Shown one piece after another: positions 51,623 to 62,870 of a stretch of 64,000 bases of DNA (within the stretch, counting starts at the first letter, position 1; each line of letters starts with the position of its first letter). Source of the stretch: Candidatus Aeolococcus gillhamiae (GTDB taxonomy: Bacteria > Chloroflexota > Dormibacteria > Aeolococcales > Aeolococcaceae); NCBI GenBank assembly GCA_003244045.1, contig QHBU01000256.1, positions 9,892 to 73,891 of the forward strand, written 5' to 3'. Both the position numbers and the translations under genes were made by a program. The notes under the pieces are model-generated. The model did not search any database and was not told the origin of the DNA. It saw only the letters and a list, made by a program, of their open reading frames with translations.

Positions 51623-51910
51623 ATGACCCTGAGTCCGGACGAGGTCGCCCACGTCGCCATGCTCGCCAGGCTCGGCCTCGATGACGATGAGAAGCGCCGC
51701 ATCGCCGGCGAGCTCGACCTGATCCTCGAGCACATCTCCGCGCTGCAGCGCGCCGACATCTCCAACATCCCCGAGACGGCCCAGGTGGGTGACCTCGTCA
51801 ACGTCTGGCGCGAGGATGAGCCCGAGCCCTCGCTCACCGAGGCGCAGGCGCTCGCCAACGCTCCCGACACTGACGGCGAGTACTTCCGGGTGGGGGCCAT
51901 CCAGGAATGA
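51623..51910 (+). CDS. gatC: Asp/Glu-tRNA amidotransferase subunit C
   Basis: [23 protein letters not shown]. Confidence 0.92.
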   Translation: MTLSPDEVAHVAMLARLGLDDDEKRRIAGELDLILEHISALQRADISNIPETAQVGDLVNVWREDEPEPSLTEAQALANAPDTDGEYFRVGAIQE

Positions 51911-53370
51911 CCACCGCCGGCATGACCGCAGCCGCGATGGCCACAGCTCTGCGCGCCGGGGAGCTGACCCCGGCCCAGCTCCTCGCCGACGCGCGCGCGC
52001 AGCTCGCCGGGCAGGGCCGCTCGCTCAACGCTTTCCTGGCGCTCACCGACGAGCTCGCCGACCAACAGGCCGGACGAGCCGCGCGAATGCTCCACGACGA
52101 CCCGGTGGCGGCGGGGCCGCTGTGCGGCATCCCCGTCGCCTTCAAGGACGTGCTCTGCGTCGAGGGATACCTGACCACCGCGGGCTCGCGCATCCTCGAG
52201 ACCTTCCGCCCGCCGTACACCGCCACCGCGGTGCAGCGCCTCCTCGACGCCGGGGCCGTGCCCGTGGGCAAGACCAACTGCGACGAGTTCGCGATGGGCT
52301 CGTCCACCGAGAACTCCGCGTACGGTCCGACCGGCAACCCCTGGGACGTCGAGAGAGTCCCCGGCGGCAGCAGCGGTGGCAGCGCGGCGGCGGTAGGCGC
52401 GGGAATCGTGCCGATCAGCTACGGAAGCGACACCGGTGGGTCGATCCGCCAGCCGGCGTCTCTCTGCGGGGTGGTCGGGTTCAAACCGACGTACGGGCGC
52501 GTGTCGCGCTACGGGCTCATCGCCTTCGCGTCGTCCCTGGACCAGGTGGGCCCGTTCGCGCACACCGTCGAGGACGCCGCCAGCGCGTACCTGGCCGTCG
52601 CGGGTCATGACGTCCGTGACAGCACCTCGGTGCCCGACGAGGTCGACGACCCCCTTGCGGCCATGCGCGACGGCGTCCGCGGCCTTCGCCTCGGGGTGCC
52701 TCGCGAGTACATGGGCGAGGGGTTGGAGGACGGCGTACGCCAGCGCGTCACTGAGGCGATCGCGGTGCTCGAGGGCCTGGGCGCGTCCATCCAGGAGGTG
52801 TCGCTGCCGAGCACCGATCTCGGCCTCTCGACGTACTACATCATCGCGCCCGCCGAGTGTTCCTCGAACCTGGCGCGGTACGACGGGGTGCGCTTCGGTC
52901 GCCGTGTCGAGCGACCATCGCTCACCGATACGTTTCTGCGCACCCGCGACGAGGGCTTCGGCGACGAGGTGAAACGCCGGGTGATGCTGGGCACCTACGC
53001 GCTCAGCAGCGGCTACTACGATGCCTATTACCGGCGCGCGCAGAAGGTGCGCACGCTGATCGCGCGCGAGTTCGACGCGGTCTTCGAGTCGGTGGACGCG
53101 CTGGTGTGTCCGACGTCGCCGAAGGTGGCCTTCACCACCGGCGCCATCCAGGACCCGCTGGAGATGTACCTCAACGACGCGCTGACCATCCCGGTCAACC
53201 TCGCCGGACTCCCGGGGATGTCGCTGCCCTGCGGATTCGCCGAGGGGCTCCCCGTCGGCCTGCAGGTGATCGCCCCGCGGTTGCGCGATGCGCGCGTCTT
53301 CCAGGTCGCCGCCGCCTACGAGGCGGCCACGGACTGGCACCTGCTGCGCGCGCCATTGGTGGCCGCGTGA
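51907..53370 (+). CDS. gatA: Asp/Glu-tRNA amidotransferase subunit A
   Basis: [47 protein letters not shown]. Confidence 0.97.
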   Translation: MTTAGMTAAAMATALRAGELTPAQLLADARAQLAGQGRSLNAFLALTDELADQQAGRAARMLHDDPVAAGPLCGIPVAFKDVLCVEGYLTTAGSRILETFRPPYTATAVQRLLDAGAVPVGKTNCDEFAMGSSTENSAYGPTGNPWDVERVPGGSSGGSAAAVGAGIVPISYGSDTGGSIRQPASLCGVVGFKPTYGRVSRYGLIAFASSLDQVGPFAHTVEDAASAYLAVAGHDVRDSTSVPDEVDDPLAAMRDGVRGLRLGVPREYMGEGLEDGVRQRVTEAIAVLEGLGASIQEVSLPSTDLGLSTYYIIAPAECSSNLARYDGVRFGRRVERPSLTDTFLRTRDEGFGDEVKRRVMLGTYALSSGYYDAYYRRAQKVRTLIAREFDAVFESVDALVCPTSPKVAFTTGAIQDPLEMYLNDALTIPVNLAGLPGMSLPCGFAEGLPVGLQVIAPRLRDARVFQVAAAYEAATDWHLLRAPLVAA

Positions 53371-54845
53371 CCGTGCAGGCGCGCAGCGGCGCCGTCGACA
53401 CCGGGTACGAGGCGGTGATCGGCCTCGAGGTGCATGCTCAGCTGCTGACGCGCAGCAAGATGTTCTGCGTCTGCAGCGCCGACTACACCGCCGCCGCGCC
53501 GAATAGCCACACCTGCCCCGTCTGCCTGGGGCTGCCGGGTGCGTTGCCGGTGATGAACCGTCAGGCAGTGGAGATGACGGTGCGCACCGCGCTGGCACTC
53601 AACTGCGAGATCCCGCCGTTCACCAAGTTCGATCGGAAGAACTACTTCTATCCTGACCTGCCCAAGGGGTACCAGATCTCCCAGTACGACCTGCCGCTCT
53701 CGCAAAACGGGCACCTCGAGTTCATGGTGGACGGGCAGCGCACGCGCTGCGGCATCACCCGCGTGCATCTCGAGGAGGACACCGGCACCATGCACCACGC
53801 CGGCGACGTGCTCCAGGAGGCGCTCAGCTCGCTGGTCGACCTCAACCGCTGCGGCGTGCCACTCATGGAGATTGTCGGTGAGCCAGATCTGCGCAGCGCC
53901 GACGCGGCGCGCGAGTACCTCGTGCGCCTCCGTCAGATCCTCACGTACATCGGCGTCAACGATGGCAACCTCGAGCAGGGATCGCTGCGCTGCGACGCCA
54001 ACGTGTCGATACGCCGCGTCGGTGAGACGCAGCTGGGCACCAAGGTCGAGGTCAAGAACATGAACTCCTTCCGCGCGGTGCACCGCGCCATCGCCTTCGA
54101 GATCGAGAGGCAGCGAAAGGTCCTCGAGGAGGGCGGCAAGCTGGTGCAGGAGACCCGCGGCTGGGTCGAGACCCGTGGCGCCACGGTGTCGCAGCGCAGC
54201 AAGGAGATGGCCCACGACTACCGCTACTTCCCGGAGCCCGACCTGCCGCCTCTGCAGTTGGACCGCGACCTGGTCGAGCGCATTCGCGTGGCGATCCCCG
54301 AGCTGCCCGAGGCCCGCGCGGTCCGGTTCAGCGAGCAGTACGGGCTGTCGGCATACGACGCGGCGGTGATCACCACCACGCGAGCCGACGCCGACACGTA
54401 CGAGGACCTGGTGCGTGCCGGCGCCTCCGCCAAGGTGGCAGCCAACTGGCTGACCGGCGACGTCGCCGCGCTCGCCAACCTGCACCGCGTGCCGCTCGCC
54501 GGCAGCGGGCTCGGCATTGCCGGTCTGACCGAGTTGCTCAAGCTGGTCGAGGCGGCCACGATCAACGGCTCGACCGCCAAGGACCTGCTCGCCGAGCTCT
54601 ACCTCGACGGTGGCGACCCGGCCGCGCTGGTGGCCGAGCGCGGTCTGGCGCAGGTGGGCGACGCCGCCGAGCTCGGCGCGCTGATCACCGAGGTGATCGA
54701 CGCGAACCCCAAAGCGTGCGACGACTTCCGCAGCGGGCGCGAGGCCGCGTTGCAATCGCTGGTCGGAGCCGTCATGAAGGCGACGCGCGGGCGAGCCGAC
54801 GCGCGCCTGGTCACCACCCTGCTGCGTGAGCGACTCGCCGGCTGA
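53367..54845 (+). CDS. gatB: Asp/Glu-tRNA amidotransferase subunit B
   Basis: [36 protein letters not shown]. Confidence 0.97.
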   Translation: MTVQARSGAVDTGYEAVIGLEVHAQLLTRSKMFCVCSADYTAAAPNSHTCPVCLGLPGALPVMNRQAVEMTVRTALALNCEIPPFTKFDRKNYFYPDLPKGYQISQYDLPLSQNGHLEFMVDGQRTRCGITRVHLEEDTGTMHHAGDVLQEALSSLVDLNRCGVPLMEIVGEPDLRSADAAREYLVRLRQILTYIGVNDGNLEQGSLRCDANVSIRRVGETQLGTKVEVKNMNSFRAVHRAIAFEIERQRKVLEEGGKLVQETRGWVETRGATVSQRSKEMAHDYRYFPEPDLPPLQLDRDLVERIRVAIPELPEARAVRFSEQYGLSAYDAAVITTTRADADTYEDLVRAGASAKVAANWLTGDVAALANLHRVPLAGSGLGIAGLTELLKLVEAATINGSTAKDLLAELYLDGGDPAALVAERGLAQVGDAAELGALITEVIDANPKACDDFRSGREAALQSLVGAVMKATRGRADARLVTTLLRERLAG

Positions 54846-56130
54846 CGTCGCGCCGGTTGCGGTTGCGCGCGCGCACCGGCGCGGCGAGCGCTTCACGGTC
54901 CTGACCGGCGCGATGGTGCACGGCGCGCTCTGCCTGGCTCGGCTCGACGACGCCACCAGCCTGCTCGTCGACGGTGCGCTCCCCGGCGAGCGCGTTGTCG
55001 TGGAGCTAATGCACCGCAAGGGCCGGCTGTGGTTCGCCCACACCGTCGCCGTCGACGCGCCCTCACCACACCGCGTCGAGGCGCCGTGCCCGTACTACGG
55101 TGAGTGCGGCGGCTGCCAGTTGCAGCACGTCGAGTACGCACAGCAATTGGAGCTGAAGGCGGAGATCGTCCGCGACTCTATGCGCCGGCAGAAGGTGACC
55201 GTGCCACAGCGGTTCGCCGTGCACGGCGCGGCCGAACCGTGGCGCTACCGCTGGCGCGGCGAGTTCCACGTCATCCCCGGCACCGCGGGCATGAGCGATG
55301 CGCGCCTCGGCTTCAACCGGGTGCGCAGCTGGACACCTGTTGCGGTCGACGACTGTCTGATCCATCACCCCCGCATCACCTCGTCGCTGCCGGCGCTCAC
55401 CGGCCTGGTGCGCGACGCCGGGGAATCCGGGCTGACCGCCCTGCACCTTACCGCGGGGGAGGGGGGCGAAGAGCTGCTGCTGCGCCCACGGCCCCCGCGC
55501 GCCATCCCCAGCGCGTCGGTCGACGCGCACGCGCGCAGCGCGGGCGAGCGCTGGAGCGCGACGTCGACGACGCTGAGCTGGCGCGGGCACGACTATCGCG
55601 TCTCGCCGGACACCTTCATCCAGGTCAACTGGGGATCCATCGAGCTGCTCTACGGCGCGGCGCTGCGCGGCCTGGGCGACGTCGCAGGGCGCACCGTCGT
55701 CGACGCCTACGCTGGGGTTGGCGTCCTCGCCTGCGAGCTGGCCGCTAGGGGCGCGTCCGTGGTGTGCATCGAGAACAACCGCGACTCGGCGCGGCTGGGA
55801 GTCCTCAACGCCGAGCTCAACGACTGCGCTGCGCGGGTGCGCTACGTCGCGCAGGCCGTCGAGGATGCGCTGCCGGGCGCCGGTGTGGGCGTGGATGCCG
55901 TCCTGCTCGACCCGCCGCGCGCCGGTTGTGACCAGCGCGTCACGGCGTGGCTGGCGCTGGCCGGAGCCGCGAGGATCGTTTACGTCTCCTGCGACCCGGC
56001 CACACTGGCACGCGACCTGCGTGTGCTCTGTGTCTCGGGGCCGTACCGCATCGAGCAGCACGAGCTGGTGGACATGTTCCCGCAGACCCACCACATCGAA
56101 AGCGTGGTCACGCTCGTCCGCGAGGGCTAG
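54826..56130 (+). CDS. rlmD: 23S rRNA (uracil-5)-methyltransferase, RlmD/RumA family
   Basis: CPYYGECGGC, LLDPPRAG, YVSCDPATLARD, DMFPQTHHIE. Confidence 0.88.
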   Translation: MSDSPADVAPVAVARAHRRGERFTVLTGAMVHGALCLARLDDATSLLVDGALPGERVVVELMHRKGRLWFAHTVAVDAPSPHRVEAPCPYYGECGGCQLQHVEYAQQLELKAEIVRDSMRRQKVTVPQRFAVHGAAEPWRYRWRGEFHVIPGTAGMSDARLGFNRVRSWTPVAVDDCLIHHPRITSSLPALTGLVRDAGESGLTALHLTAGEGGEELLLRPRPPRAIPSASVDAHARSAGERWSATSTTLSWRGHDYRVSPDTFIQVNWGSIELLYGAALRGLGDVAGRTVVDAYAGVGVLACELAARGASVVCIENNRDSARLGVLNAELNDCAARVRYVAQAVEDALPGAGVGVDAVLLDPPRAGCDQRVTAWLALAGAARIVYVSCDPATLARDLRVLCVSGPYRIEQHELVDMFPQTHHIESVVTLVREG

Positions 56131-57092
56131 ACCGCGTCGCTGACGCCGACATCGTCGTCGGTGTCGTCGTCGTCGTCTGGCGGAGCCTCTCGGGGTGTGT
56201 GCGGACCGCGGTGCACGTAGCTGACGTCGAAAAGACGCTCGCCTGCCGTCTCGCCGGTCGAGCTGCGCCGGCTCACCACGATGTACGCGAGCGCGATGGC
56301 GAGCACGATGGCGACCACGTCGTAGCGACCTTCCGGGAAGATCTGGTACTTGAGGTCGAGGATCGCGCGCGTGAGCTGATCAAAGCCCGCGACGATGACC
56401 GCGATGATCCCGGCGTCAACGGCGAACGCGAGCCAGTAGCGGTCGCGCCGGGCGATGCCGAAGAACGGGCCCGACGTGGAGCCGCGACGCGGTTCGGGCG
56501 CGCGCCGCGCCGCCCGGTATGCGACCACACCGAGCGCGACCAGCAGGCCGCCGCTCAGCGCGAAGTTGAAGAGCTGAGCCTCGACCGCGGTCAGAGCGTG
56601 CTCGGCGGGCGCCCCCGCCACAAACCCGATGGCGGTCATCAGCGCGGTCCAGCCGATGAGGGCCGGGACATTCGCTTCCATGAAGGTCCGCGCCGGCACT
56701 CCGGCGGCGCCGGCGCAGAGTGTTGCGTACGGGCGCACGCCGGGGATGAGCCGGGCGAGCGCGATGTGGCGGACGTCGGCGCGGGCAAGCCGTCGCGTCG
56801 CCCGGTCGTACGCCCTGGCCGCGCGCAGCCTGACGGCCACCCTGCGAAGGCGTTGCGGCCCGACCCGCCGCGCCCAGCTGTACCCGGTGAACGATCCCCC
56901 GACGAGCGCCAGGAGCGCGACGGGGTAGAAGAAGAAGGGGTTGAGGGTTCCTGAAGCGATGAGCAGGCCGGCGACGATCAGCAGCACCTCGCTGGGGATG
57001 AACGGCAGCGGCACCCCCGCCTCGTCGATGAAGAGGAGGACGCAGATGAGGACGGTGGCGACGGCGCTGTTCAGGCCGGTGAGGAAGTTCAC
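56127..57092 (-). CDS. DedA family membrane protein with C-terminal RDD-like domain
   Basis: FIDEAGVPLPFIPSE, ARLIPGVR; C-terminal RYWLAFAVD...GETAGERLF. Confidence 0.75.
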   Translation of the reverse strand: MNFLTGLNSAVATVLICVLLFIDEAGVPLPFIPSEVLLIVAGLLIASGTLNPFFFYPVALLALVGGSFTGYSWARRVGPQRLRRVAVRLRAARAYDRATRRLARADVRHIALARLIPGVRPYATLCAGAAGVPARTFMEANVPALIGWTALMTAIGFVAGAPAEHALTAVEAQLFNFALSGGLLVALGVVAYRAARRAPEPRRGSTSGPFFGIARRDRYWLAFAVDAGIIAVIVAGFDQLTRAILDLKYQIFPEGRYDVVAIVLAIALAYIVVSRRSSTGETAGERLFDVSYVHRGPHTPREAPPDDDDDTDDDVGVSDAV

Positions 57093-57154
57093 GGGATTCC
57101 GAGGATACGGGTCGAGGCCTGGGCCACCTCTGCTCGCGAGAGGGCCTGTCCTAC

Positions 57155-57174
57155 TGCTACCGTACGTCTGTTCG
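57155..57174 (+). promoter_or_regulatory. LexA-like box overlapping extended -10 of dnaE
   Basis: CGTACGTCTGTTCG (57161-57174; reverse GAAC-AGAC-GTAC) and TGnTACCGT (57155-57163). Confidence 0.45.
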
Positions 57175-57193
57175 GCAGCAACGCGAGGAGAGC

Positions 57194-60100
57194 ATGGTCA
57201 ACGAGCCGGTCGGCGGGGTTGTCGAGGCGGATGACGTCGAGCCGTTCGTCCACCTGCACACCCACACCGAGTACTCGTTGCTCGACGGCGCCTCGCGCAT
57301 CACCGACCTCGTCGCCGCGGCCAAGGGACACGGCCAGACCGCGCTGGCCATCACCGACCACGGCGCGCTGTACGGCGCCGTCAAGTTCTACACCGCCGCC
57401 AGGTCGGCGGGGATCAAGCCGATCATCGGCTGCGAGATGTATATGGCGCCGCGCTCGCGCCATGACCGCGAGGGCCGCACCGACCGCGACCCCAACCACC
57501 TCATCCTGCTGGCCCGCAACGAGACCGGCTATCGCAACCTCATCCAGCTGGTCAGCAAGTCGCACCTCGAGGGCTATTACTACAAGCCGCGCATCGACAA
57601 GGAGCTGCTCGCCGAGCACGCCGATGGCCTGATCTGCCTGTCAGCCTGCATCGGCGGTGAACTGCCCCAGGCAATCCTCGGCGGCGACATGGATGCCGCT
57701 GAGAGCGTCGCCCGCCAGCACATGGAGATGTTCGGCCCCGACGGGTATTTCCTCGAGATGATGGACCACGCCATCGCCGAGGAGGAGGCGATCCGCGCCG
57801 GCCTGCTGGAGATCGCGCGGCGGACCGGCCTGCCCCTGGTGGCGACCAACGACGCCCACTACATCGGCGTCGAGGACGCCGAGGCGCACGACATCCTCCT
57901 CTGCATCCAGACGCAGGCGCGGCGCGAGGACGAGAAGCGTTTCCGGTTTGCGGGTCCGCATTTCTCGGTGACCTCCGGCGCGCACATGCGTGACCGCTTC
58001 GCGGCGTACGGGGAGGCGGTGCGCAACACGGTGGCCGTCGCCGGCCTCTGCAACCTCGAGCTCAAACTGGGCGGCAACCTCCTCCCGGCCTACTCGCCCA
58101 TCCCGCAGGGCCACACCGCGGAGAGCTACCTGCGCGAGCTGTGCCAGGTCGGCCTGCGCGAGCGTTACGGCGACGGCATCACCGCCGAGGCCCGTGAGCG
58201 CCTGGCGATGGAGCTCGATGTCATCGAGACAACCGGTTTCGCGCCGTACTTCCTCATCGTTTGGGACCTCATCCGGGCGGCGCGGTGCGACGGTGTGGTG
58301 GTCGGTCCCGGGCGGGGCAGCTCGGCAGGCTCGCTGGTGGCCTACGTGCTGCGCATCACCAACATCTGCCCGCTGCGCTACGGGCTCATCTTCGAGCGCT
58401 TCCTCAACCGCGAGCGGGTCGAGATGCCGGACATCGACATCGACTTCGACGACCGCCGCCGCGATCGCGTCCTGCAGTACGTGCAGCAGAAGTACGGCGA
58501 GGACCACGTGGCCCAGATCATCACCTTCGGCACCATGGCGGCCCGCGCGGTCATCCGCGACGTGGGCCGGGCGCTCAACGTGCCGCTGCCGGATGTCGAC
58601 CGCCTCGCCAAGCTGGTGCCGCTCAGCGTGAAGATCACGCTGGAGAAGGCGCTCGCGGACAGCAGGGAGCTGCGCGGCCTGTACGAGAGTGAGGGCTGGG
58701 CGCGCCAGGTCATCGACATCGCCAAGCGGCTCGAGGGCATCTGCCGCAACGCCTCGACACACGCGGCGGGTGTGGTCATCGGCGCCGAGCCGCTCACCAA
58801 CATCGTGCCGCTGCAGCGGTCCACCACCGGCGACCGGAGCAGCGCGGTGACCATGTTCGACATGGCCAGCATCTCCCAGGTGGGGCTGCTCAAGATCGAT
58901 TTCCTCGGCCTCGCCAACCTCACCGTCATCGACGAGGCCGTGGGGATGATCGAGCACTCCAACTCCACCGGCACGCGCATCGACATGGACGAGATCCCGC
59001 TCGATGACCCGGCGACGTATGCGCTGCTTTGCAAGGCGGACACGCACGGCATCTTTCAGCTCGAGTCCACGTTCGCCAAGCGGATCCTCATCGACATGCA
59101 GCCGCGTTCACTCGAGGACGTCGGTGTTGCGAATGCGCTCAACCGGCCGGGACCGATCGAAGGTGGTGTTGTCGACCTCTACAGCAAGCGCAAGCGTGGA
59201 GAGCTCTCAGTTGAGTATCCCGCCGGGCTCGAGTCACTGCTCGAGCCGGTGCTCGCTGAGACCCACGGCACCATGGTGTACCAGGACCAGGTGATGAAGA
59301 TCGCCCAAGCGGTCGCCGGGTTCACGCTCGGCGAGGCGGACCTCCTGCGCGGCGCCATGGGCAAGAAGGACAAGGCCAAGATGGCCAAGCAGCGCGAGAA
59401 GTTCCTCGCCGGCGCCGCTCTCAAGGGAATCTCCGAGGACGGCGCCATCGAGCTGTTCGAGCTCATGGCTCACTTTGCGGGCTACGGGTTCAACAAAGCC
59501 CATGCCATGGCATACGGGCTGATCTCATACCAGACTGCGTACCTCAAGGCGAACCATCCGGTCGAGTACATGGCGGCGCTGCTCAACAGCCGCGGTGGCG
59601 ACTTCGACAAGCTCAAGCAGACGATCCTCGACGCCCACGCCCACGGTCTGGTGGTGCACAAGCCGGACATCAACCGCAGCGGCGAGGGGTTCACCGTCGG
59701 CGATCGCGGGATCGGCGAGATCCTCTTCGGTCTCCAGCACATCAAGAACGTCGGCGAGAGCGTGACCCACGCCATCGTCGCAGCGCGCGACGAGGGTGGC
59801 CCATTCACGAGCCTGCTCGACCTGTGCATGCGCGTCGACAGCCGTGACCTGAACCGGCGCGTTCTCGAGTCACTGATCCAGTGCGGCGCGCTTGACTCTC
59901 TCGGTGACCGCCACGCTCTCCTGCGTCAGCTCGACTCCTCCATGGACCACGCCGCCGCGGTACGGCGCGAGCGTGATCTCGGCCAGACCGCGCTGTTCGG
60001 TGACGTCGTCGACATCATCGGGACGATCGTTCCCCACGCCGTCATGGCTGCAGGTGAGGGCGGTGCGGGCAACGGTGACGGGGCCGGGAAAGGTGACGAC

Positions 60101-60832
60101 TCCTGGCTGTCGTGGGAGCGTGACCTGCTCGGGATGTACCTCAGTGACCATCCTCTGCGCCGGATCGCTGCGACGCTCCAGACCCGCGTCGACACCTCGA
60201 TCAACGAGCTGGGCGCGCACCTCGATGGGCTCATCGTTCAGGTGGGCGGGTGCATCCGCGACGTGCGTGCCTTCGTGCCGCGAAAGAGCACCACCGGCCA
60301 GCGCATGGCCTTCCTGCAGATCGAGGACCTCACCGGCAGCTGCGAGGTGGTCGTCTTCAACCGGGTGTTCGAGGAGGTGGCTGAACTGCTCCGCCCCGAC
60401 GCGGTCGTGGTGATCCGCGGCAAGGTGGAATCCGGGAGACCATCACCGAACGCCGCGGTCGACGATGAGGAGCGCGAAAGCGAACCGTCGAAGATCCGCG
60501 CCGATGCCATCTTCGCGATGGACGATGCGCGCTTGGTGGCGTGGCGGCGCAACAGCACTGTGCATATCCGTCTCGCCCCCGACCAGCACCACCTCGTCGG
60601 TCCCCTGCACCAGGCGATCGCCGAGCATCGCGGTGACGCACCGGTGGTCATCCATGTTGAGAGCGACGAATCGATCGACGACATCGCGCTTCACGAGGGG
60701 TTCACCGTGGAGCCCGGCCCCGGCCTCGAGCGTACCGTCGAGGCGCTGCTCGGTCCGGGCTCCTACCGGCTCGAGACGCGGCGCGAGCGGGCCCCCGAGC
60801 GCGAGACGTGGGGAGCCGCTCGGCGCACCTAG
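57194..60832 (+). CDS. dnaE: DNA polymerase III alpha subunit
   Basis: HLHTHTEYSLLDG PHP domain, GPGRGS, PDIDIDF, KIDFLGL, YGFNKAH, OB fold. Confidence 0.97.
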   Translation: MVNEPVGGVVEADDVEPFVHLHTHTEYSLLDGASRITDLVAAAKGHGQTALAITDHGALYGAVKFYTAARSAGIKPIIGCEMYMAPRSRHDREGRTDRDPNHLILLARNETGYRNLIQLVSKSHLEGYYYKPRIDKELLAEHADGLICLSACIGGELPQAILGGDMDAAESVARQHMEMFGPDGYFLEMMDHAIAEEEAIRAGLLEIARRTGLPLVATNDAHYIGVEDAEAHDILLCIQTQARREDEKRFRFAGPHFSVTSGAHMRDRFAAYGEAVRNTVAVAGLCNLELKLGGNLLPAYSPIPQGHTAESYLRELCQVGLRERYGDGITAEARERLAMELDVIETTGFAPYFLIVWDLIRAARCDGVVVGPGRGSSAGSLVAYVLRITNICPLRYGLIFERFLNRERVEMPDIDIDFDDRRRDRVLQYVQQKYGEDHVAQIITFGTMAARAVIRDVGRALNVPLPDVDRLAKLVPLSVKITLEKALADSRELRGLYESEGWARQVIDIAKRLEGICRNASTHAAGVVIGAEPLTNIVPLQRSTTGDRSSAVTMFDMASISQVGLLKIDFLGLANLTVIDEAVGMIEHSNSTGTRIDMDEIPLDDPATYALLCKADTHGIFQLESTFAKRILIDMQPRSLEDVGVANALNRPGPIEGGVVDLYSKRKRGELSVEYPAGLESLLEPVLAETHGTMVYQDQVMKIAQAVAGFTLGEADLLRGAMGKKDKAKMAKQREKFLAGAALKGISEDGAIELFELMAHFAGYGFNKAHAMAYGLISYQTAYLKANHPVEYMAALLNSRGGDFDKLKQTILDAHAHGLVVHKPDINRSGEGFTVGDRGIGEILFGLQHIKNVGESVTHAIVAARDEGGPFTSLLDLCMRVDSRDLNRRVLESLIQCGALDSLGDRHALLRQLDSSMDHAAAVRRERDLGQTALFGDVVDIIGTIVPHAVMAAGEGGAGNGDGAGKGDDSWLSWERDLLGMYLSDHPLRRIAATLQTRVDTSINELGAHLDGLIVQVGGCIRDVRAFVPRKSTTGQRMAFLQIEDLTGSCEVVVFNRVFEEVAELLRPDAVVVIRGKVESGRPSPNAAVDDEERESEPSKIRADAIFAMDDARLVAWRRNSTVHIRLAPDQHHLVGPLHQAIAEHRGDAPVVIHVESDESIDDIALHEGFTVEPGPGLERTVEALLGPGSYRLETRRERAPERETWGAARRT

Positions 60833-61392
60833 TACACGGCCACGGCGTCGAAGAGCGCGCGGCCCACGAAGTACAGCACCAAAAACAGCAGGAACGCGAT
60901 TGCCGCACCGCCGTCGATGGCGGCGCCTCGCGGCAACACGCCCGCGAAGGGGCGCACCAGCGGATCGGTGAAACGCCGCACCATCAGCACGATCGGATGC
61001 CAGGGATCGGCGTGGAAGAGGGAGAACAGCAGCCGCACCAGGAGCACGATGCAGAAGAAGATGATGATCCCCAGCACGACCTGACGGACCACGCTGAGCA
61101 GCGCGTAGCCGGGCGACACCGACCCGGTGACGAGCAGTGAGTGGACCACCTGGGAGAGCACGTACAGCGTGGCCAGCGCGAGCAAGGGCGAGAAGTCGAT
61201 GCCGCTGAAGCTCGGTAGGACGCGTTGGAATGGTCGCAGGATGGGGTCGGCGATGCGGCGCAACCAGCGGGCCAGCGGGTTCCAGGGACTGATCGGCAGC
61301 CAGGACAGCATCACCCGCGCGAAGACGATCAACTCGAGCAGAGTGAAGGCGACGTCGACAACTGACGCCAGCGGTCCGGTGTTCAGCGTCAT
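60829..61392 (-). CDS. yggT: YggT family membrane protein (two repeats)
   Basis: RVMLSW...DPILRPF...IDFSP and second TDPLVRPF...IDG repeat. Confidence 0.85.
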   Translation of the reverse strand: MTLNTGPLASVVDVAFTLLELIVFARVMLSWLPISPWNPLARWLRRIADPILRPFQRVLPSFSGIDFSPLLALATLYVLSQVVHSLLVTGSVSPGYALLSVVRQVVLGIIIFFCIVLLVRLLFSLFHADPWHPIVLMVRRFTDPLVRPFAGVLPRGAAIDGGAAIAFLLFLVLYFVGRALFDAVAVY

Positions 61393-62255
61393 GTCGGTGC
61401 CCGCACCGTGTCGAGACGGCGCCGCCACGCGAGATAGACAAGCGGAGTCACCACCACCAGCATCACGATAGCCGTCCACTGCGCCTGGTGGAGTCCCAGG
61501 CCGATGACCGGCTCGCTGGCGCGGAACTGGAAGAGGATGAGCTGGCTGATCGCGTACAGGGGGATGTAAGCCACGGCCAGCGCCCCATTGCGAACCCCCC
61601 GCCGTCGCATTGCGAAGAGGATCACCCCGATGACAATGGTGCCGAGGGCCTCATATATCGCGGCGGGCTGGTAGTACCAGGGCGCTCCTGGCTGGTAGTC
61701 CACCAGGTGGAAGCCGGATTGCAGCACGGCGTGCGGGTTGGCGTAGCCGGTCGCCCAGGGCAGGTTGCTGCGGGCGCCGAGGATGTCCCCGTTGATGACG
61801 TTGCCGATGCGTCCGAGGGGCTGCCCGATGACCGCGAAGATCACCGCCGCGTCCCACATCAACCACACCGAGATGCGATTACGCCAGGCGAAGATCCCGG
61901 CGCACGCCAGCCCGGCGATGATGGCGCCGAAGAAGGCCATCCCGCCCTCCCAAACGGCGATGATGCGGATCGGGTTGCGCAGGTAGGCGTTGACGAGGTC
62001 GGGCTGCTGCAGGACGTAGTAGAGACGGCCTCCGAGCAGCCCGAAGATGATCGTCCAGACCAGCGCGCGCTCGGCGGCGCCACGGCTGACGCCACGGGGC
62101 ACGACGTGGGGGAGGACGCCGTAGCGGAAGGCGACGAGGAACGCCACCGCGTACATGACCCCGTACCAGTGCACCGCCAGGCTGCCGATGTGGATGACGG
62201 GATCGATGTCGATGCGAATGGTTGCGAAGGCGCTGTGGAGCGCAGCAACGACCAT
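61389..62255 (-). CDS. lgt: Prolipoprotein diacylglyceryl transferase
   Basis: DPV...VHWYGVMY, GGRLYYV, WEGGM, GRIGNVING, YE motif. Confidence 0.9.
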   Translation of the reverse strand: MVVAALHSAFATIRIDIDPVIHIGSLAVHWYGVMYAVAFLVAFRYGVLPHVVPRGVSRGAAERALVWTIIFGLLGGRLYYVLQQPDLVNAYLRNPIRIIAVWEGGMAFFGAIIAGLACAGIFAWRNRISVWLMWDAAVIFAVIGQPLGRIGNVINGDILGARSNLPWATGYANPHAVLQSGFHLVDYQPGAPWYYQPAAIYEALGTIVIGVILFAMRRRGVRNGALAVAYIPLYAISQLILFQFRASEPVIGLGLHQAQWTAIVMLVVVTPLVYLAWRRRLDTVRAPT

Positions 62256-62870
62256 TCAGCGATCATCCCCGACGGCCTGCCGGGCCTGCACGCGGAGGAT
62301 GCGAAAGCCGTCGTGCGAGGCCATCCGCTCGACGGAGAACCCCTCAGCACCAAGCCAGCGCGCCAGCGAATCGGAACCGAGGTGGCGATGGACGACAAGG
62401 TGGGCGGCAGCGCCGTCGTCGAGCCGGTCGAGCCATTCCGTCAGCAGCGGATGGAGCATGCGCAGCCCGACGCGGACCGGCGGGTTGCTGTAGATGGCGG
62501 CGAAGCGCATGCCGGCGGGGACGTCGTCCGGTGCCGCCGTGATCACGTTGGCTGCACCGGCGGTGGCGGCGTTTCGAGCGGTCAGCTCGAGGGCTCGCTG
62601 GTTGACGTCGACGCCCCACACCCGGGCTCGCGGCGACCGCAGGCCGAGCGTCACGGCGATCGGCCCGTAGCCGGTGCCAAGGTCGAGCAGGTCGCCCTCG
62701 GCGGGCGGGGCGGGGGCGCGGCGAAGCAGGAACAGCGTGCCGCTGTCGACCCGGCCGTGTCCGAACACCCCCGCGTCGCTCGCCAGCGACAGGCTGAGGT
62801 CGGGAAGTCGCAGTGGCACCTGGCGCGGCCGAGACGGTGCCGCAGGCTCGCGGTCGAAGTAGTGGGGCAC
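62256..62870 (-). CDS. Small methyltransferase (RsmC/MTS family)
   Basis: HYF, GVFG...VDSGT, LDLGTGYG, SNPPVRVG. Confidence 0.88.
   Translation of the reverse strand: MPHYFDREPAAPSRPRQVPLRLPDLSLSLASDAGVFGHGRVDSGTLFLLRRAPAPPAEGDLLDLGTGYGPIAVTLGLRSPRARVWGVDVNQRALELTARNAATAGAANVITAAPDDVPAGMRFAAIYSNPPVRVGLRMLHPLLTEWLDRLDDGAAAHLVVHRHLGSDSLARWLGAEGFSVERMASHDGFRILRVQARQAVGDDR

Noticed and set aside
57194-60832. Intein or split in dnaE
   Set aside because: Length and motifs are continuous; no intein-like insertion seen
61389-62255. Lgt lacking the two His residues known from E. coli (GGMAFFG, QPAAIYE)
   Set aside because: These positions vary among Gram-positive-type Lgt proteins, and the core GRxGN motif is intact
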